From sequence record SRR20825019_3144: a stretch of 39,237 nucleotides of DNA. One strand, written 5' to 3'. The notes beneath the pieces were generated by a model that saw nothing but the letters and a program-made list of their open reading frames with translations, did no database searches and was not told the origin of the DNA. Of this stretch, positions 1 through 9,698 are shown piece by piece (position 1 is the stretch's first letter; each line of letters begins with the position of its first letter). Position numbers and translations under genes: made by a program.

Positions 1-313
1 TATGGTTCAGGTTAAAGGTCGGGCGCTTTAATTATATGGCTCCACCCACTTGCGGATACCATCGCGGGCCTACAACCTGGCCTCCCCAGCATCTAATAAA
101 AGCTATTTGTATTTCAGCGTCCGCGACTTCTTGTTGATGAAGATGTTGCCCATGTAGCTCCTATTGCCATCCATCGAGATGCGGACGTCTAACCGGCGCA
201 GCTTGTCAGTCCAAGCAAAGGATATGAACTGTGCGCCCCGAAACATAGCCTCAAGGCGGGGCAGTTTTAATGAAAAGTCGGGGTCATTTTCTGATTGTAA
301 ATCAATGTATTCC

Positions 314-1060
314 CTATTTTTGAATGAACTGCGGTAGTTTGCTAAGGTTCTTCAAAGCCAATGTAGCGATGCCGCCGACTCCGCTCGACCGCAGTGCTCG
401 GTAATCTTCGCGGCTCTTGCGCAGGATGCGCCCGAAGGAGCGGTTGCTCTCGCCCCCGACGCGCATCTTGACGAGAACCTCGGGGATGTAGACTGTCTGA
501 ATAGCGCCACTCCCGAAGTATCGCAGGATTGCATCGTAGTCCGCAGCAATGCGGTAGTCTTCGTTGTAAGCCCCCCAGCGGTCTATGACGCTGCGTCGCA
601 GGAAGAGCGTCGGATGTGGCGGCATCCAGCCGCGCTTTAGTCTGGCGGGACTGTACTGCCCCGAACGCCAGCGCCTAATTATCTTATTCGAGTCTACGGC
701 TGAAACATAGTCAAGGTCACCGTATACTGCGTCTGTAGATTCGTCACTGAAAGCCGCTGCAATCTTCTCAATAACTTGAGAGTCTGTAAAGAAATCGTCT
801 GAATGCATCAGGCCGACGATCTCACCCGTGGCCATCGCGACGCCCTTGTTCAATGCATGGTAAATGCCGTTGTCGCGTTCGCTAATAATGCGCATGCGCG
901 GGGTTCGAAAACGCTTCACTTCTTCGAGTGTGCCGTCTGTTGAGGCACCATCGATTATTAGATGCTCGATTTCTGGGTACCTTTGCGATGCAACGCTACG
1001 AATCGCATGCCCTATTGTGTCAACACGATTAAATACTGCGGTAATAATGGAAATTTTCAA
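314..1060 (-). CDS. Glycosyltransferase family 2 (WcaE-like)
   Basis: N-terminal KISIITAVFN, IIDGASTDGT, GIYHALNKG, HSDD and MPPHPTLF motifs typical of WcaE-like GT2; TTG start. Confidence 0.92.
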   Translation of the reverse strand: MKISIITAVFNRVDTIGHAIRSVASQRYPEIEHLIIDGASTDGTLEEVKRFRTPRMRIISERDNGIYHALNKGVAMATGEIVGLMHSDDFFTDSQVIEKIAAAFSDESTDAVYGDLDYVSAVDSNKIIRRWRSGQYSPARLKRGWMPPHPTLFLRRSVIDRWGAYNEDYRIAADYDAILRYFGSGAIQTVYIPEVLVKMRVGGESNRSFGRILRKSREDYRALRSSGVGGIATLALKNLSKLPQFIQK

Positions 1061-1294
1061 AAAGTTACCTCAAAGTGATGGAAGGAACGCTTCCTGATCC
1101 TGTCTCTTGCCTCTACGAAAGCTCAACTGCGATCATGCTGCCTGCGTTTGTCAAATATTTATGCTCGAAGCGATGCCGATGGCGCCGTGTGCCGAGGTGG
1201 TTGGCACAACTTGTGTTGGAGGGCAGCCGTTAGGATGATGATTTGCGGTAGCAGAAACCGTATCTCAAGTGCATATAATCTGGACAATGGCGTA

Positions 1295-2458
1295 TCAGTT
1301 GTGATGATTTACTACGTCATGAGCTAACGGAGGCACAGCGTCTCGGACTGCTACATGCCCCTGCAGCTCGGCCGGATCGAAGTTGTCAGGCACTGTGTGG
1401 CTAGCGGCCATGGTCAAGTTCCCCGCCAACACTTCCGGTAGTTCTTCGATTGGACGACCGTAGGGGCGCAACTCTTCTGGAATAATCCCGGCGTAGAAAA
1501 ACGGCAGGCGAGCGGCGAGACAATCTCCAATCACTGAAGAGTTGATTGTGACAACGCAGCGGGTCAAAGCCATGTCCTGCTCGAGCGTGCCATGCGAAAA
1601 TGCGAAACCACAGCGTTTAGCTAACCGCCTGATCTGGCGCACTTTGACGGACTTTTCAAACGGATGTGTTCGTACCAGGACTCGCTCGGGGCGGACTGTA
1701 CCTTTGGCGAACCGCAGCAACTTCAAAGAGTTCCACCCATTTCCATTTTGGATTGTGGCCGAGTCAAAATCTAGTTGCAGGGCCAATAAAACATCATAGC
1801 GATCTGCGTCGTTTGCCGCGTCTGACAGCTGGGCCTTGCGCTTGCTGAGCATGAGCAGGTGTCGTTTAATTGCCTGATGATAGGTGACGCAGTCCTCCCA
1901 GAATTGCGGATGAAGTAACTTAAACCGCGAACCTAGCCTGCGCCGCGCCGCGCCGCGCAAGACCGTACCAACGTCTAGTTGCAATAGTAGCGGCTTGTTT
2001 GTTACGCTCAAGCAGGACCTCCGAAAGTAACCGTTCTCAAGTTCGATGCGTCGCTCAGCTGGAACAAAATGGCTGGCAATGCTAACCGATAGATCTTTGT
2101 AGCCCCACGAAATATAGTAGATGCACTCGTGCTCCGCAGCTAGCTGCCGCATCATTTCGACGTGACGGCGCGCAGCTCGTCGGCCCACAGCGCGCAGGAG
2201 CGGGCTCAGAATGATGGGATAGAACTGGAGCATTCGTTCCAGCCAATTCTCCGTTTCGCGCAGCACAATGTTATGGTCCGCCTCCGTGAGAGCCGCCTTG
2301 CCGTGCGGCGTCATAAGCGACAGAGGGTCGTTCACCGAGAGGACCAGCCGAGGTTCGAAATGGTCGAAGTTGCACTCTAACTCAGGCGGGAGCGAGTCCA
2401 ACACGAGTAGTGCAGGATGGCCATTCGCCACGCTCGGCCTAGTCACTCTATTCTTCAT
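1295..2458 (-). CDS. Capsule biosynthesis protein, KpsS/KpsC-like (putative beta-Kdo transferase)
   Basis: LENGYFR, LALQLDFDS (QxxxD), VRTHP and VVTINSSV motifs match the KpsS/KpsC pattern; kds genes lie in the same operon. Confidence 0.65.
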   Translation of the reverse strand: MKNRVTRPSVANGHPALLVLDSLPPELECNFDHFEPRLVLSVNDPLSLMTPHGKAALTEADHNIVLRETENWLERMLQFYPIILSPLLRAVGRRAARRHVEMMRQLAAEHECIYYISWGYKDLSVSIASHFVPAERRIELENGYFRRSCLSVTNKPLLLQLDVGTVLRGAARRRLGSRFKLLHPQFWEDCVTYHQAIKRHLLMLSKRKAQLSDAANDADRYDVLLALQLDFDSATIQNGNGWNSLKLLRFAKGTVRPERVLVRTHPFEKSVKVRQIRRLAKRCGFAFSHGTLEQDMALTRCVVTINSSVIGDCLAARLPFFYAGIIPEELRPYGRPIEELPEVLAGNLTMAASHTVPDNFDPAELQGHVAVRDAVPPLAHDVVNHHN

Positions 2459-2520
2459 TCAGCGGTACTTCCTTTCGCCTCTGCCGGGGGTTCCAAGGCG
2501 GAGTCCTAGGTCCCCGCTCC

Positions 2521-3366
2521 TTAGATCAGCTTCGTGCTTACTCGTACCACGGCGGCCATGGTCCGGTAACCAATCGAACTCTGCCGCGCGGCGCTCCAAA
2601 TGAGTTTCTTATAGCGGCCAGGAAAGTGGAAGCAAATTGGCTCTACTGCATCGCGCCCGAGTCGAAGCTTAATGCGTCCGCCCCGCCGGTACCACTTCTT
2701 CACGCCTTGGACCGATGCGAATTGTCCATCCCGCGTTAAGAGCTGCGATATGTTGTGGTCGATGTAGCGACCGTCCAAGACTCGGTTAGTGTTGAATAGT
2801 CGCAACCCCCGCGCCGTTACCCATTGATGTAGGAGTACCATGTCCGAAACATTCACGGTGTCCGTGGCGTTTCCGGTTTCCAAACGGATTTTCTCGATCA
2901 CTTCGTCAATCCCGGCTCGATAGACCTCGATTACGTAGGTGCAGAAATCGGTGGCAAGGTCTCGGTCCCAGAGCGTGAAGTGAGGCGAAATCTGTTTTTC
3001 ATCTCCACTTGGACCGAAGCCGACGCTCCCAATCAAATCTGCGTCCACCGCCTCAAGGTAGCGCCGGACCGTGGAGTAGTCGCGTAGCAGCAGTACGTCG
3101 GAGTCGAGCATAAGCCACTTAACTTTGGGCGGTATTATCGACATCATTGCGAAGTAGCGTTCAAGGCATCGGAGCTCGAATTCAGCAGAATTTACCGAGC
3201 GATGTTCGTAGTGAGTTCGCAAGGTCTCAAACATTCGTGCCCCCGGCCCCGAGGCGTGGCTTGCGAGGTAAGGGGAGAAGCCATTTTCCTCGAGCCTACT
3301 AAGACAAATGTTGATGAAGGGCTTGGTCCGGTCTTCAAAAAAAAAGACGGAGGAGGTGATGTCCAT
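2521..3366 (-). CDS. Hypothetical protein, possible GT-A fold glycosyltransferase
   Basis: LMLDSDVLL (DxD after a hydrophobic strand), C-terminal HF motif, position in the operon; ATG at 3366 follows AAGGGA. Confidence 0.5.
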   Translation of the reverse strand: MDITSSVFFFEDRTKPFINICLSRLEENGFSPYLASHASGPGARMFETLRTHYEHRSVNSAEFELRCLERYFAMMSIIPPKVKWLMLDSDVLLLRDYSTVRRYLEAVDADLIGSVGFGPSGDEKQISPHFTLWDRDLATDFCTYVIEVYRAGIDEVIEKIRLETGNATDTVNVSDMVLLHQWVTARGLRLFNTNRVLDGRYIDHNISQLLTRDGQFASVQGVKKWYRRGGRIKLRLGRDAVEPICFHFPGRYKKLIWSAARQSSIGYRTMAAVVRVSTKLI

Positions 3367-3462
3367 GAGGTTCCCTTTGGTTAACACCGTTGCTTGGTAA
3401 CCGATGTCTATTTATCGGTAGCATCACAGGAAGGCCTGTGGAGTCCGAACGCCGGCCTGCGC

Positions 3463-4617
3463 TTAAAATTTCTCGCGCCCTGTCGAATTTGCCAGCTTTG
3501 CGAACGCTAGTAGAACGAGCAGGTCGATGATTGCCGGTATGCAGATGAAGGCGATCGAGAAGCCGTCTGCCTGCGTTAATAATGCAAGCACTATCAAGAG
3601 GCTCACGCCGCTCGTGAGCGCCGGAAACCTGGCAGGCAGCTCGTTAAGAGCCAAGCCCATTCGGACGCGGTGGGCGCGGTAGTCCTGGATGAGGAGCGTA
3701 ACACACCAAACAAGCGAGATATCCCAGTGAAAGCCGAACGCTGCCATGGGTAGTGGTAGCAAAATAATGAGAACGTAAATTGGGATCGATGACAGCAGGA
3801 AGTTTGGCTTCGCGGCTTTATCATTTATGACGGCGTCCTCAAGCGCCTTGCGCCGAGACGCAATTACCAGAACCGCAGGCCCCAGCACCGAGCGTACAAG
3901 CATGATATCCGCCAGAGCGGCCGATGCAATGGCAGCCGAAAATACGATGAAGACGATCTGGTTGCGCGTAAAGTCGAGTAGCACAAAGAGGAGGATTAAT
4001 GGATCATTGGACCAGCGCGCTGACCAGCGCAGTAGCGGGCGCATCAGCAGGAAAGGCACGCCGAAGCTTAACATTTGGCATACCACCTGAATCTCGCCTG
4101 AAACGAGTTCAAGATAACCTAGCAACATGAACAGCAATTGCAGCACCAAGATAATACCCTGCATCGCGAGCACCTTCGAGGTCGCTTTCGAATAGACATA
4201 TAGCAGTCCCATGATGCTGTGGAACGAGCGCACTAGCGTAATGGCGGCGAAGAGGCCGAGTAGGAGGAATGGGTGTCTTGCCACGTCGTCCCAGCTCGCC
4301 AGTGCCAAGTAAAGTGGGAGAGTCGGCAAAAATATTAGCGCTTGCGTAAGAATGTTGAACTGCAAGCTCTCTTGGCGACGGATGTCGTTCGTGGTTTGGA
4401 ACGCCGAGTCGAGGAACAGAAAGACCAGATAAATAGGGGCCAAAGCAAAGCTGAGACCGCCCGCATCTTCCGCACGCTCTACTGAGATGATGACAAGGAG
4501 GTGGAGGCCTGAGGTAGTGGCTGCAAAGAGCAGGCGGTTGCCCATGCTGTTAGCAGTATTGATTATCTTGCCTACCAAGCCGCCGATTGAGATTCGGCTG
4601 TCGTTCCATTTGTGCAT
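3463..4617 (-). CDS. Polytopic membrane protein, probable Wzx flippase
   Basis: About 10-12 hydrophobic segments, directly downstream of the wzy-like gene; start moved to ATG 4617 (4545 is an alternative). Confidence 0.55.
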   Translation of the reverse strand: MHKWNDSRISIGGLVGKIINTANSMGNRLLFAATTSGLHLLVIISVERAEDAGGLSFALAPIYLVFLFLDSAFQTTNDIRRQESLQFNILTQALIFLPTLPLYLALASWDDVARHPFLLLGLFAAITLVRSFHSIMGLLYVYSKATSKVLAMQGIILVLQLLFMLLGYLELVSGEIQVVCQMLSFGVPFLLMRPLLRWSARWSNDPLILLFVLLDFTRNQIVFIVFSAAIASAALADIMLVRSVLGPAVLVIASRRKALEDAVINDKAAKPNFLLSSIPIYVLIILLPLPMAAFGFHWDISLVWCVTLLIQDYRAHRVRMGLALNELPARFPALTSGVSLLIVLALLTQADGFSIAFICIPAIIDLLVLLAFAKLANSTGREKF

Positions 4618-4631
4618 TTTGAGCCTGCTGA

Positions 4632-5846
4632 TCAACGTTCTCTTCGGTCGGAGGGAAGGTCCAACGGATGGTACTGGGCTTGCGGTGTGGGCCCACACGT
4701 GCCGACAGCCCGGCACCTCGGTTTTCGGGGCAATAAGGGGCGCATGAACCGTGCCATCATCGACGATGCAGTACTAATGATCAGCAGGTATATCGCTGGC
4801 AGGAAGTAAAAGACCGATATGTTCCGGAACTGTAGGAGCAGACCCATGAAGGCTAAGGAGGCAAACGTTCGGCTCATTAGTGAGAAGCGGCGGTCGTTCG
4901 GAAAGCATCTGATGAAAAGATAGCCAAGCCCGATGGAAAATACGAAGACTGAGAGCCCGCCTCCGTAAAGCCAAGCAGAGCCGACGAAGCCGGGAAGGTA
5001 CGTTGCCCCCGAGTCGAAAGCGTCAACTCCGAGTTGTTCAATGGAAAAGTTGACCACTGTCGGGTCCAGTGGCTTATTTGGAAAAATTGCTCGTGGGATA
5101 AGAACGACGATGTTACCGATGAAAAAATAACCAATTTCTGAGAGCGGCGGGTCAAAGCGTTCGACGGCTATAGCGCTTGCCGTCGAGGGTAGGTCAAAGA
5201 AGATCAGGGCGGCCGAGGAGGTGTTGAAGCCCGAACGCAGAACGGCAACATAGGAAGAGGCCACAATGAGCAGAAAAAATATTAACATCTTCCGAACGTA
5301 GCGGTTGTCAAAGAAGAAGGAATAAAATAGCGGCGCGGCGGCCAGCAGAAACAAAAACCGCGTCCCGCTCGTTGACAGTAGGAAGACCGCCAAAAAAACG
5401 CCTATATAAAGCGCGCTGCGCCGCTCACCATCTATTCCTTTCTGTAAAAAATAGGCTGCAACCCCGCACACCAAAAAGTTCATGTTGGCCACAAAAGTCG
5501 CGAGCCAACTCCCCCCTAGGTTGATGTTGGTCGCGTCCGTCCGACTATTTGCCCGATCGATGAGTCCTTCACCATATCCTAAGGAGATGAATACCAGCGC
5601 AAAGAGCAGCATCATCAACGAGATTTCGAGAGCACGCAGATTGCTGACTGTCGATGGGCGCGAGAAGGAGGCCCGTTTGAGAAGCAGCGAGAGCGTGAAG
5701 CCCAGCAGTGCCAGCAGGAAGGCGTAGAAGTATTTATCCGCGGCCGTTGCCATTCCAAGGAAAAGAGGAGCGCTAAAGACCGCGCTGAATAGCAGGAACA
5801 GTTGGAGGCGTTCGATGCTGATCGCGTGCCGGCGTTTATTTCTCAT
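4632..5846 (-). CDS. wzy: Polysaccharide polymerase, Wzy-like
   Basis: Many TM segments, SGTR motif, periplasmic loop with IPRAIFPNKP, then GSAWLYGG; start uncertain (5846 or 5906). Confidence 0.7.
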   Translation of the reverse strand: MRNKRRHAISIERLQLFLLFSAVFSAPLFLGMATAADKYFYAFLLALLGFTLSLLLKRASFSRPSTVSNLRALEISLMMLLFALVFISLGYGEGLIDRANSRTDATNINLGGSWLATFVANMNFLVCGVAAYFLQKGIDGERRSALYIGVFLAVFLLSTSGTRFLFLLAAAPLFYSFFFDNRYVRKMLIFFLLIVASSYVAVLRSGFNTSSAALIFFDLPSTASAIAVERFDPPLSEIGYFFIGNIVVLIPRAIFPNKPLDPTVVNFSIEQLGVDAFDSGATYLPGFVGSAWLYGGGLSVFVFSIGLGYLFIRCFPNDRRFSLMSRTFASLAFMGLLLQFRNISVFYFLPAIYLLIISTASSMMARFMRPLLPRKPRCRAVGTCGPTPQAQYHPLDLPSDRRER

Positions 5847-5933
5847 CTCTGCACCATTTGCCGTTGAGTAGTGCTCAAAGAATGAGAGCTTGAGCCGCGC
5901 GAGCACGCCGTTTCCCGCGGGAAAGATAAGATG

Positions 5934-7019
5934 TCAATTAGCGATAGATGCATAGAGTTCGCGCGTTGCGTGGGCGCAGGCCGTCCAGCTAAACTTTGCC
6001 GCCTGCGCATATCCCCCGAGACGGAGGTGTTCTGACTTGCCTCCAGCAAGCCGAGCTGCAATATTCGAAGCCGCAACATCGGCTGATTGGTCACGCAAAA
6101 TAAGTCCGGCGGGTCCGACGACCTCCGGTAGTGAGGAGCTGTCTTGCACGATCGCGATGCAGCCGGATCGCATGGCCTCAAGCGGCGGTAGGCCGAAGCC
6201 CTCGTAAAGCGAAGGATATAGGAGTGCCACCGACGTCTGGTATAGGCGCGACAGTTCGTTTAGTCTAACTGCGCCATGAAAATCGTACCGTCCTCTTAGC
6301 TTCGCTTCGAGTAGCTTGCGCTCCTCAGGGATTAACGCCCCCCCCCCGACGATCGCAAAGCGAAAGCCTGGCAGGTGCTCCATGATGGCGACGGCAAAAG
6401 CAAAGTTCTTGTAGCCCTTACGGGAGCCTACAAAGAGGATCCGCGGCTCGCGCATTTCGTCTTCGGGTGGTTGAAAGTGTTGGGAAACGCCATTGTGGAT
6501 CACTTCAATCCGCTTGGAACTGAACTCAGGATATAGCTCAACGAGATCGTCACGCGTTGATTGGGAGATCGCAATAATTGCGTCAGCACGCTTCATCGCC
6601 AGGTACTTTTGGCGGCCGAGGATCCTAGAGCGTAACCCGGAGACCATCTTTTCATGGATCATATCGTGCACGGTCGTGACGACTGGGATCTGCCCGGTGG
6701 GTACTCGGTAATAGGAACTGTGAAAGACCGCCTGCGTGTCCTCGACGTCCTTAACTGGGAAGGCACGAATGCGCTCAAAGCGGCGTTCGGGGGCATCCCG
6801 GAGAAGCTCCTGCATCACTATGTCGGAGACTTTGGCGCGGTCAGAGGGACGCACAAAATATTGTACACGTAAATCGCCAAGATTGTGCAACGCTTGAGCG
6901 ACTTCTTCAGTGTAGACCGTGATTCCGGCCCGGGGCTGTAAGCCATAGATGATGGCGTCTACAATCACTGACAGGGGATGGATCTGCGAGATTGGGTTTA
7001 TAGAGGTTGCTGATGTCAT
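5934..7019 (-). CDS. Glycosyltransferase family 4 (GT-B)
   Basis: TVHDMIHE, AISQST, LFVGSRKGYKN and YPSLYEGFGLPPLEAM motifs. Confidence 0.93.
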   Translation of the reverse strand: MTSATSINPISQIHPLSVIVDAIIYGLQPRAGITVYTEEVAQALHNLGDLRVQYFVRPSDRAKVSDIVMQELLRDAPERRFERIRAFPVKDVEDTQAVFHSSYYRVPTGQIPVVTTVHDMIHEKMVSGLRSRILGRQKYLAMKRADAIIAISQSTRDDLVELYPEFSSKRIEVIHNGVSQHFQPPEDEMREPRILFVGSRKGYKNFAFAVAIMEHLPGFRFAIVGGGALIPEERKLLEAKLRGRYDFHGAVRLNELSRLYQTSVALLYPSLYEGFGLPPLEAMRSGCIAIVQDSSSLPEVVGPAGLILRDQSADVAASNIAARLAGGKSEHLRLGGYAQAAKFSWTACAHATRELYASIAN

Positions 7020-7110
7020 ATTTTATACCAATCTATTCGGCGACGTGACGGACGGACCCGTCGGTCGGTCGTAAAGTTCTATTAGGGACACCTTAGAGGT
7101 GGCAGCGCGC

Positions 7111-7929
7111 TCAGCGGCCCTTCATCAGGTCGTCAATTGCGCGAAGCTGTCCGATCAAGGCCTGCATCTGGTCGACTTGGATCATGTTAGGGCCGTCCGA
7201 CGGGGCGTTGTCCGGGTCCTCATGTGTCTCTATGAATAGAGCCGCGACACCCACCGCGCAGGCCTCGCGTGCAAGGACCGGTGCAAATTCGCGCTGGCCC
7301 CCGCTGGTCGTGCCTTGCCCGCCTGGCTGCTGGACTGAATGGGTAGCGTCATAAACTACCGGGTAGCCCGTACGCGCCATGATAGGAAGCCCCCGGAAGT
7401 CGCTGACCAAAGTATTGTAGCCGAAGCTCGTGCCTCGGTCGCAAAGCATAATCCGTTCATTCCCTGTCGAGGCGATCTTGTCAGCCACGTTGGTCATGTC
7501 CCAAGGAGCGAGGAACTGGCCCTTCTTGACGTTGATCGCCGCCCCCGTTTCGCCTGCTGCAAGCAGCAAGTCCGTCTGGCGGCATAGTAAGGCAGGAATT
7601 TGGAGCACGTCACAGGCCTTAGCAGCAGACGCACAATAGTCGGGCAGGTGGACGTCGGTTAGCGTGGGGCAGCCGAACTCATCACGGATGCGAAAGAGTA
7701 TCTCGAGGCCCGCTTCCATGCCGAGACCGCGCGCGGTCTTCAGCGATGAACGATTGGCCTTGTCGTAGCTGGCCTTAAAGATGAAGCGCGTGTTCGTCGA
7801 AGCGCAGGCCTCTGCGATGCGCTCGGCCATCATGCGGGCGTGGTCAAGTGATTCGAGCTGACAGGGGCCAATTATGAGGGCAATGGGATTATGCCCACCG
7901 CTAGCCATGTCTCGGACGGTGAAAGTCAT
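7111..7929 (-). CDS. kdsA: 3-deoxy-8-phosphooctulonate (KDO8P) synthase
   Basis: GPCQLES, KASYDKANRSS, NVKKGQF, DATHSVQ and PSDGPN motifs. Confidence 0.96.
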   Translation of the reverse strand: MTFTVRDMASGGHNPIALIIGPCQLESLDHARMMAERIAEACASTNTRFIFKASYDKANRSSLKTARGLGMEAGLEILFRIRDEFGCPTLTDVHLPDYCASAAKACDVLQIPALLCRQTDLLLAAGETGAAINVKKGQFLAPWDMTNVADKIASTGNERIMLCDRGTSFGYNTLVSDFRGLPIMARTGYPVVYDATHSVQQPGGQGTTSGGQREFAPVLAREACAVGVAALFIETHEDPDNAPSDGPNMIQVDQMQALIGQLRAIDDLMKGR

Positions 7930-7938
7930 GGTTGGGTC

Positions 7939-8327
7939 TCAATCATATAGCGGGGATATTCTATGCGCTCGACGCTACCCGCATTGTTCAGTTCCCAAAA
8001 ATGCGGCCGCGGCTTTCGACTTCGACGCATATCACGGGTTAGCCGTTTTCAAGGACGCGGAGTTGTTCGAGCGCCTCAAGCCTAGATTTTGGCAGCGTTC
8101 CATCGGCGGCAAGCGCCACGCACATGTAGGTAGAGACGCCTACGTGGTGAAACTGGGGAAGCTTTTCGGGATAGATTTTGACTGGATCGAGCCAAGGCAA
8201 TACTTACTTCAGAAAGTAGAAAGTATTTTCGCGCTAAACGAGAGCGGCTGAGGTGCTGTTGCGGCTCGCGAACATTGCCAGCGGCTATCTCCAGTTAGCG
8301 GGTCGAAGCATTGTAGGCGGTTTTCAT
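7939..8327 (-). pseudogene. kdsB: CMP-Kdo synthetase remnant
   Basis: Manual translation gives MKT..ASTR*, FYFLK*VLP, FHHVGV, LEQLRVLENG*PVICVEVESRGR, then a frameshift to FWELNN. ATG is coupled to the kdsD stop (TAATG). About half the normal length. Confidence 0.85.
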
Positions 8328-9289
8328 TATTTCAGACCTGCGCGCAGGAGGTCGTGCATGTGTAGAATGCCGACAGGGCGATTGTCAGCATCAACAACCG
8401 GCAGAACGTTAATTTTCAGACTGTTCATGATTGCCAGCGCTTCGGCTGCAAAGTCGGCGGGCGAGACGGTGGCAGGGCTGCAGGTGGCGATGTCGCCTGC
8501 CACGCGGCTGAGTAAGTTGTCCATGTGGCGCCGCAGATCACCGTCCGTGATTAGGCCCGAAAGTCGTTCGTCGGAGACTGCCAACGCAGCGCCGAAACCG
8601 TGTGAGGTTATAACAAGCAGTACCTCTCGCATCGGCGTTTCGGGGGCCACCAGTGGTAAGTCCGCGGCGCCATGCATCAGATCGGCCACGGTGGTTAATT
8701 GCAAACCTAACTTTCCTCCAGGGTGGAAATTGCGGAACCGCTCTGGCGTGAAGCCACGGCTTTCCATCAGCGCTACAGCAATAGCATCGCCGAGTGCCAA
8801 GATGATCGTGGTCGAGGTAGTCGGTGCCATGCCGATGGCGCAGGCCTCTTCAGCCTTGGGAAACATCAGCCTGAAGGTTACCGCGTGTGCCAAAACGCTA
8901 TCGGGGTTAGAAGTTACGGCGGCGATTGCAATGTCGAACCGCTTGCAGTAACCAATAATGTCTCTTAGCTCGACGGTTTCCCCAGAGTTTGAGATCACTA
9001 AGCAGATATCACCTGGTACGATCATGCCTAGGTCGCCGTGGCTGGCCTCTGTGGCATGGACGAAGAATGAAGGCGTGCCTGTGCTGGCAAGAGTTGCCGC
9101 AATCTTGCGCCCGACGTGTGCCGACTTCCCTACGCCTGAAATGATCAGCCGCCCCTTGCACGCCAGCACCGCTGCTACGAAGGGGGCGAAGTCAGCGGGT
9201 AGTTCGTCGGACAGTTGCGCAAGACCTTGTATCTCGATCTTGAGCACCCGACGTGCGGTGTCTTCGATGGTTCCGCGCGGTTCTTTCAT
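8327..9289 (-). CDS. kdsD: Arabinose-5-phosphate isomerase (KpsF/GutQ family, SIS + CBS)
   Basis: GVGKSAHVGRKIAATLASTG, EASHGDLG, APTTST, FHPGGKLG and a C-terminal CBS pair. Confidence 0.95.
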   Translation of the reverse strand: MKEPRGTIEDTARRVLKIEIQGLAQLSDELPADFAPFVAAVLACKGRLIISGVGKSAHVGRKIAATLASTGTPSFFVHATEASHGDLGMIVPGDICLVISNSGETVELRDIIGYCKRFDIAIAAVTSNPDSVLAHAVTFRLMFPKAEEACAIGMAPTTSTTIILALGDAIAVALMESRGFTPERFRNFHPGGKLGLQLTTVADLMHGAADLPLVAPETPMREVLLVITSHGFGAALAVSDERLSGLITDGDLRRHMDNLLSRVAGDIATCSPATVSPADFAAEALAIMNSLKINVLPVVDADNRPVGILHMHDLLRAGLK

Positions 9290-9451
9290 TTAGGCTCTTC
9301 TTTGCTGCTGAGTGGTTGAGGCTCTGACGACCACCGTGAGCAATGATACCACCGCGTGATCGTTCCGCTCTTCTGTGAAGGAGGCCTAGGCGCAATTCCA
9401 TCGCAGGAAGGGTTGTGCAGGCTCATTTCCCTGCCCGGCTAATAGCACGAG

Positions 9452-9477
9452 TGCCCTTGGGAGGCTTCCCAAGGGCA
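9452..9477. promoter_or_regulatory. Perfect 11-bp stem hairpin in the kdsD operon leader
   Basis: TGCCCTTGGGA-ggct-TCCCAAGGGCA; no U-tract follows on either strand. Confidence 0.45.
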
Positions 9478-9698
9478 AAATTGCCTCAAAGCTCAATCAA
9501 AACGCCCGATAACACAAATCACGAACCATGTAGCTCTCCCAAATTTGGCCCAAAGAACAACTCCACTTTGAGGTCTGGCTCGCAAACACTGGGCTTCGAT
9601 CAACAAAGGCTGCTTTAAAAAGGTCTCTGCCAGCCGCACACCCTAAAGCCGAAGAAGCATCCCAGGAATAGCCTCGGTCGGGGGCCAACCTCATCATA

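Noticed and set aside
60-250. + strand AYNLASPAS resembling the UDP-glucuronate decarboxylase motif YNLACPAS
   Set aside because: One short motif at the window edge; flanking similarity is too weak to call a pseudogene without an alignment
1245-1252. Second GCGGTAGC ops-like 8-mer
   Set aside because: On the strand opposite to the operon; consistent with chance
7874-8251. 125-aa + strand ORF
   Set aside because: Antisense shadow of the kdsB remnant and the kdsA start
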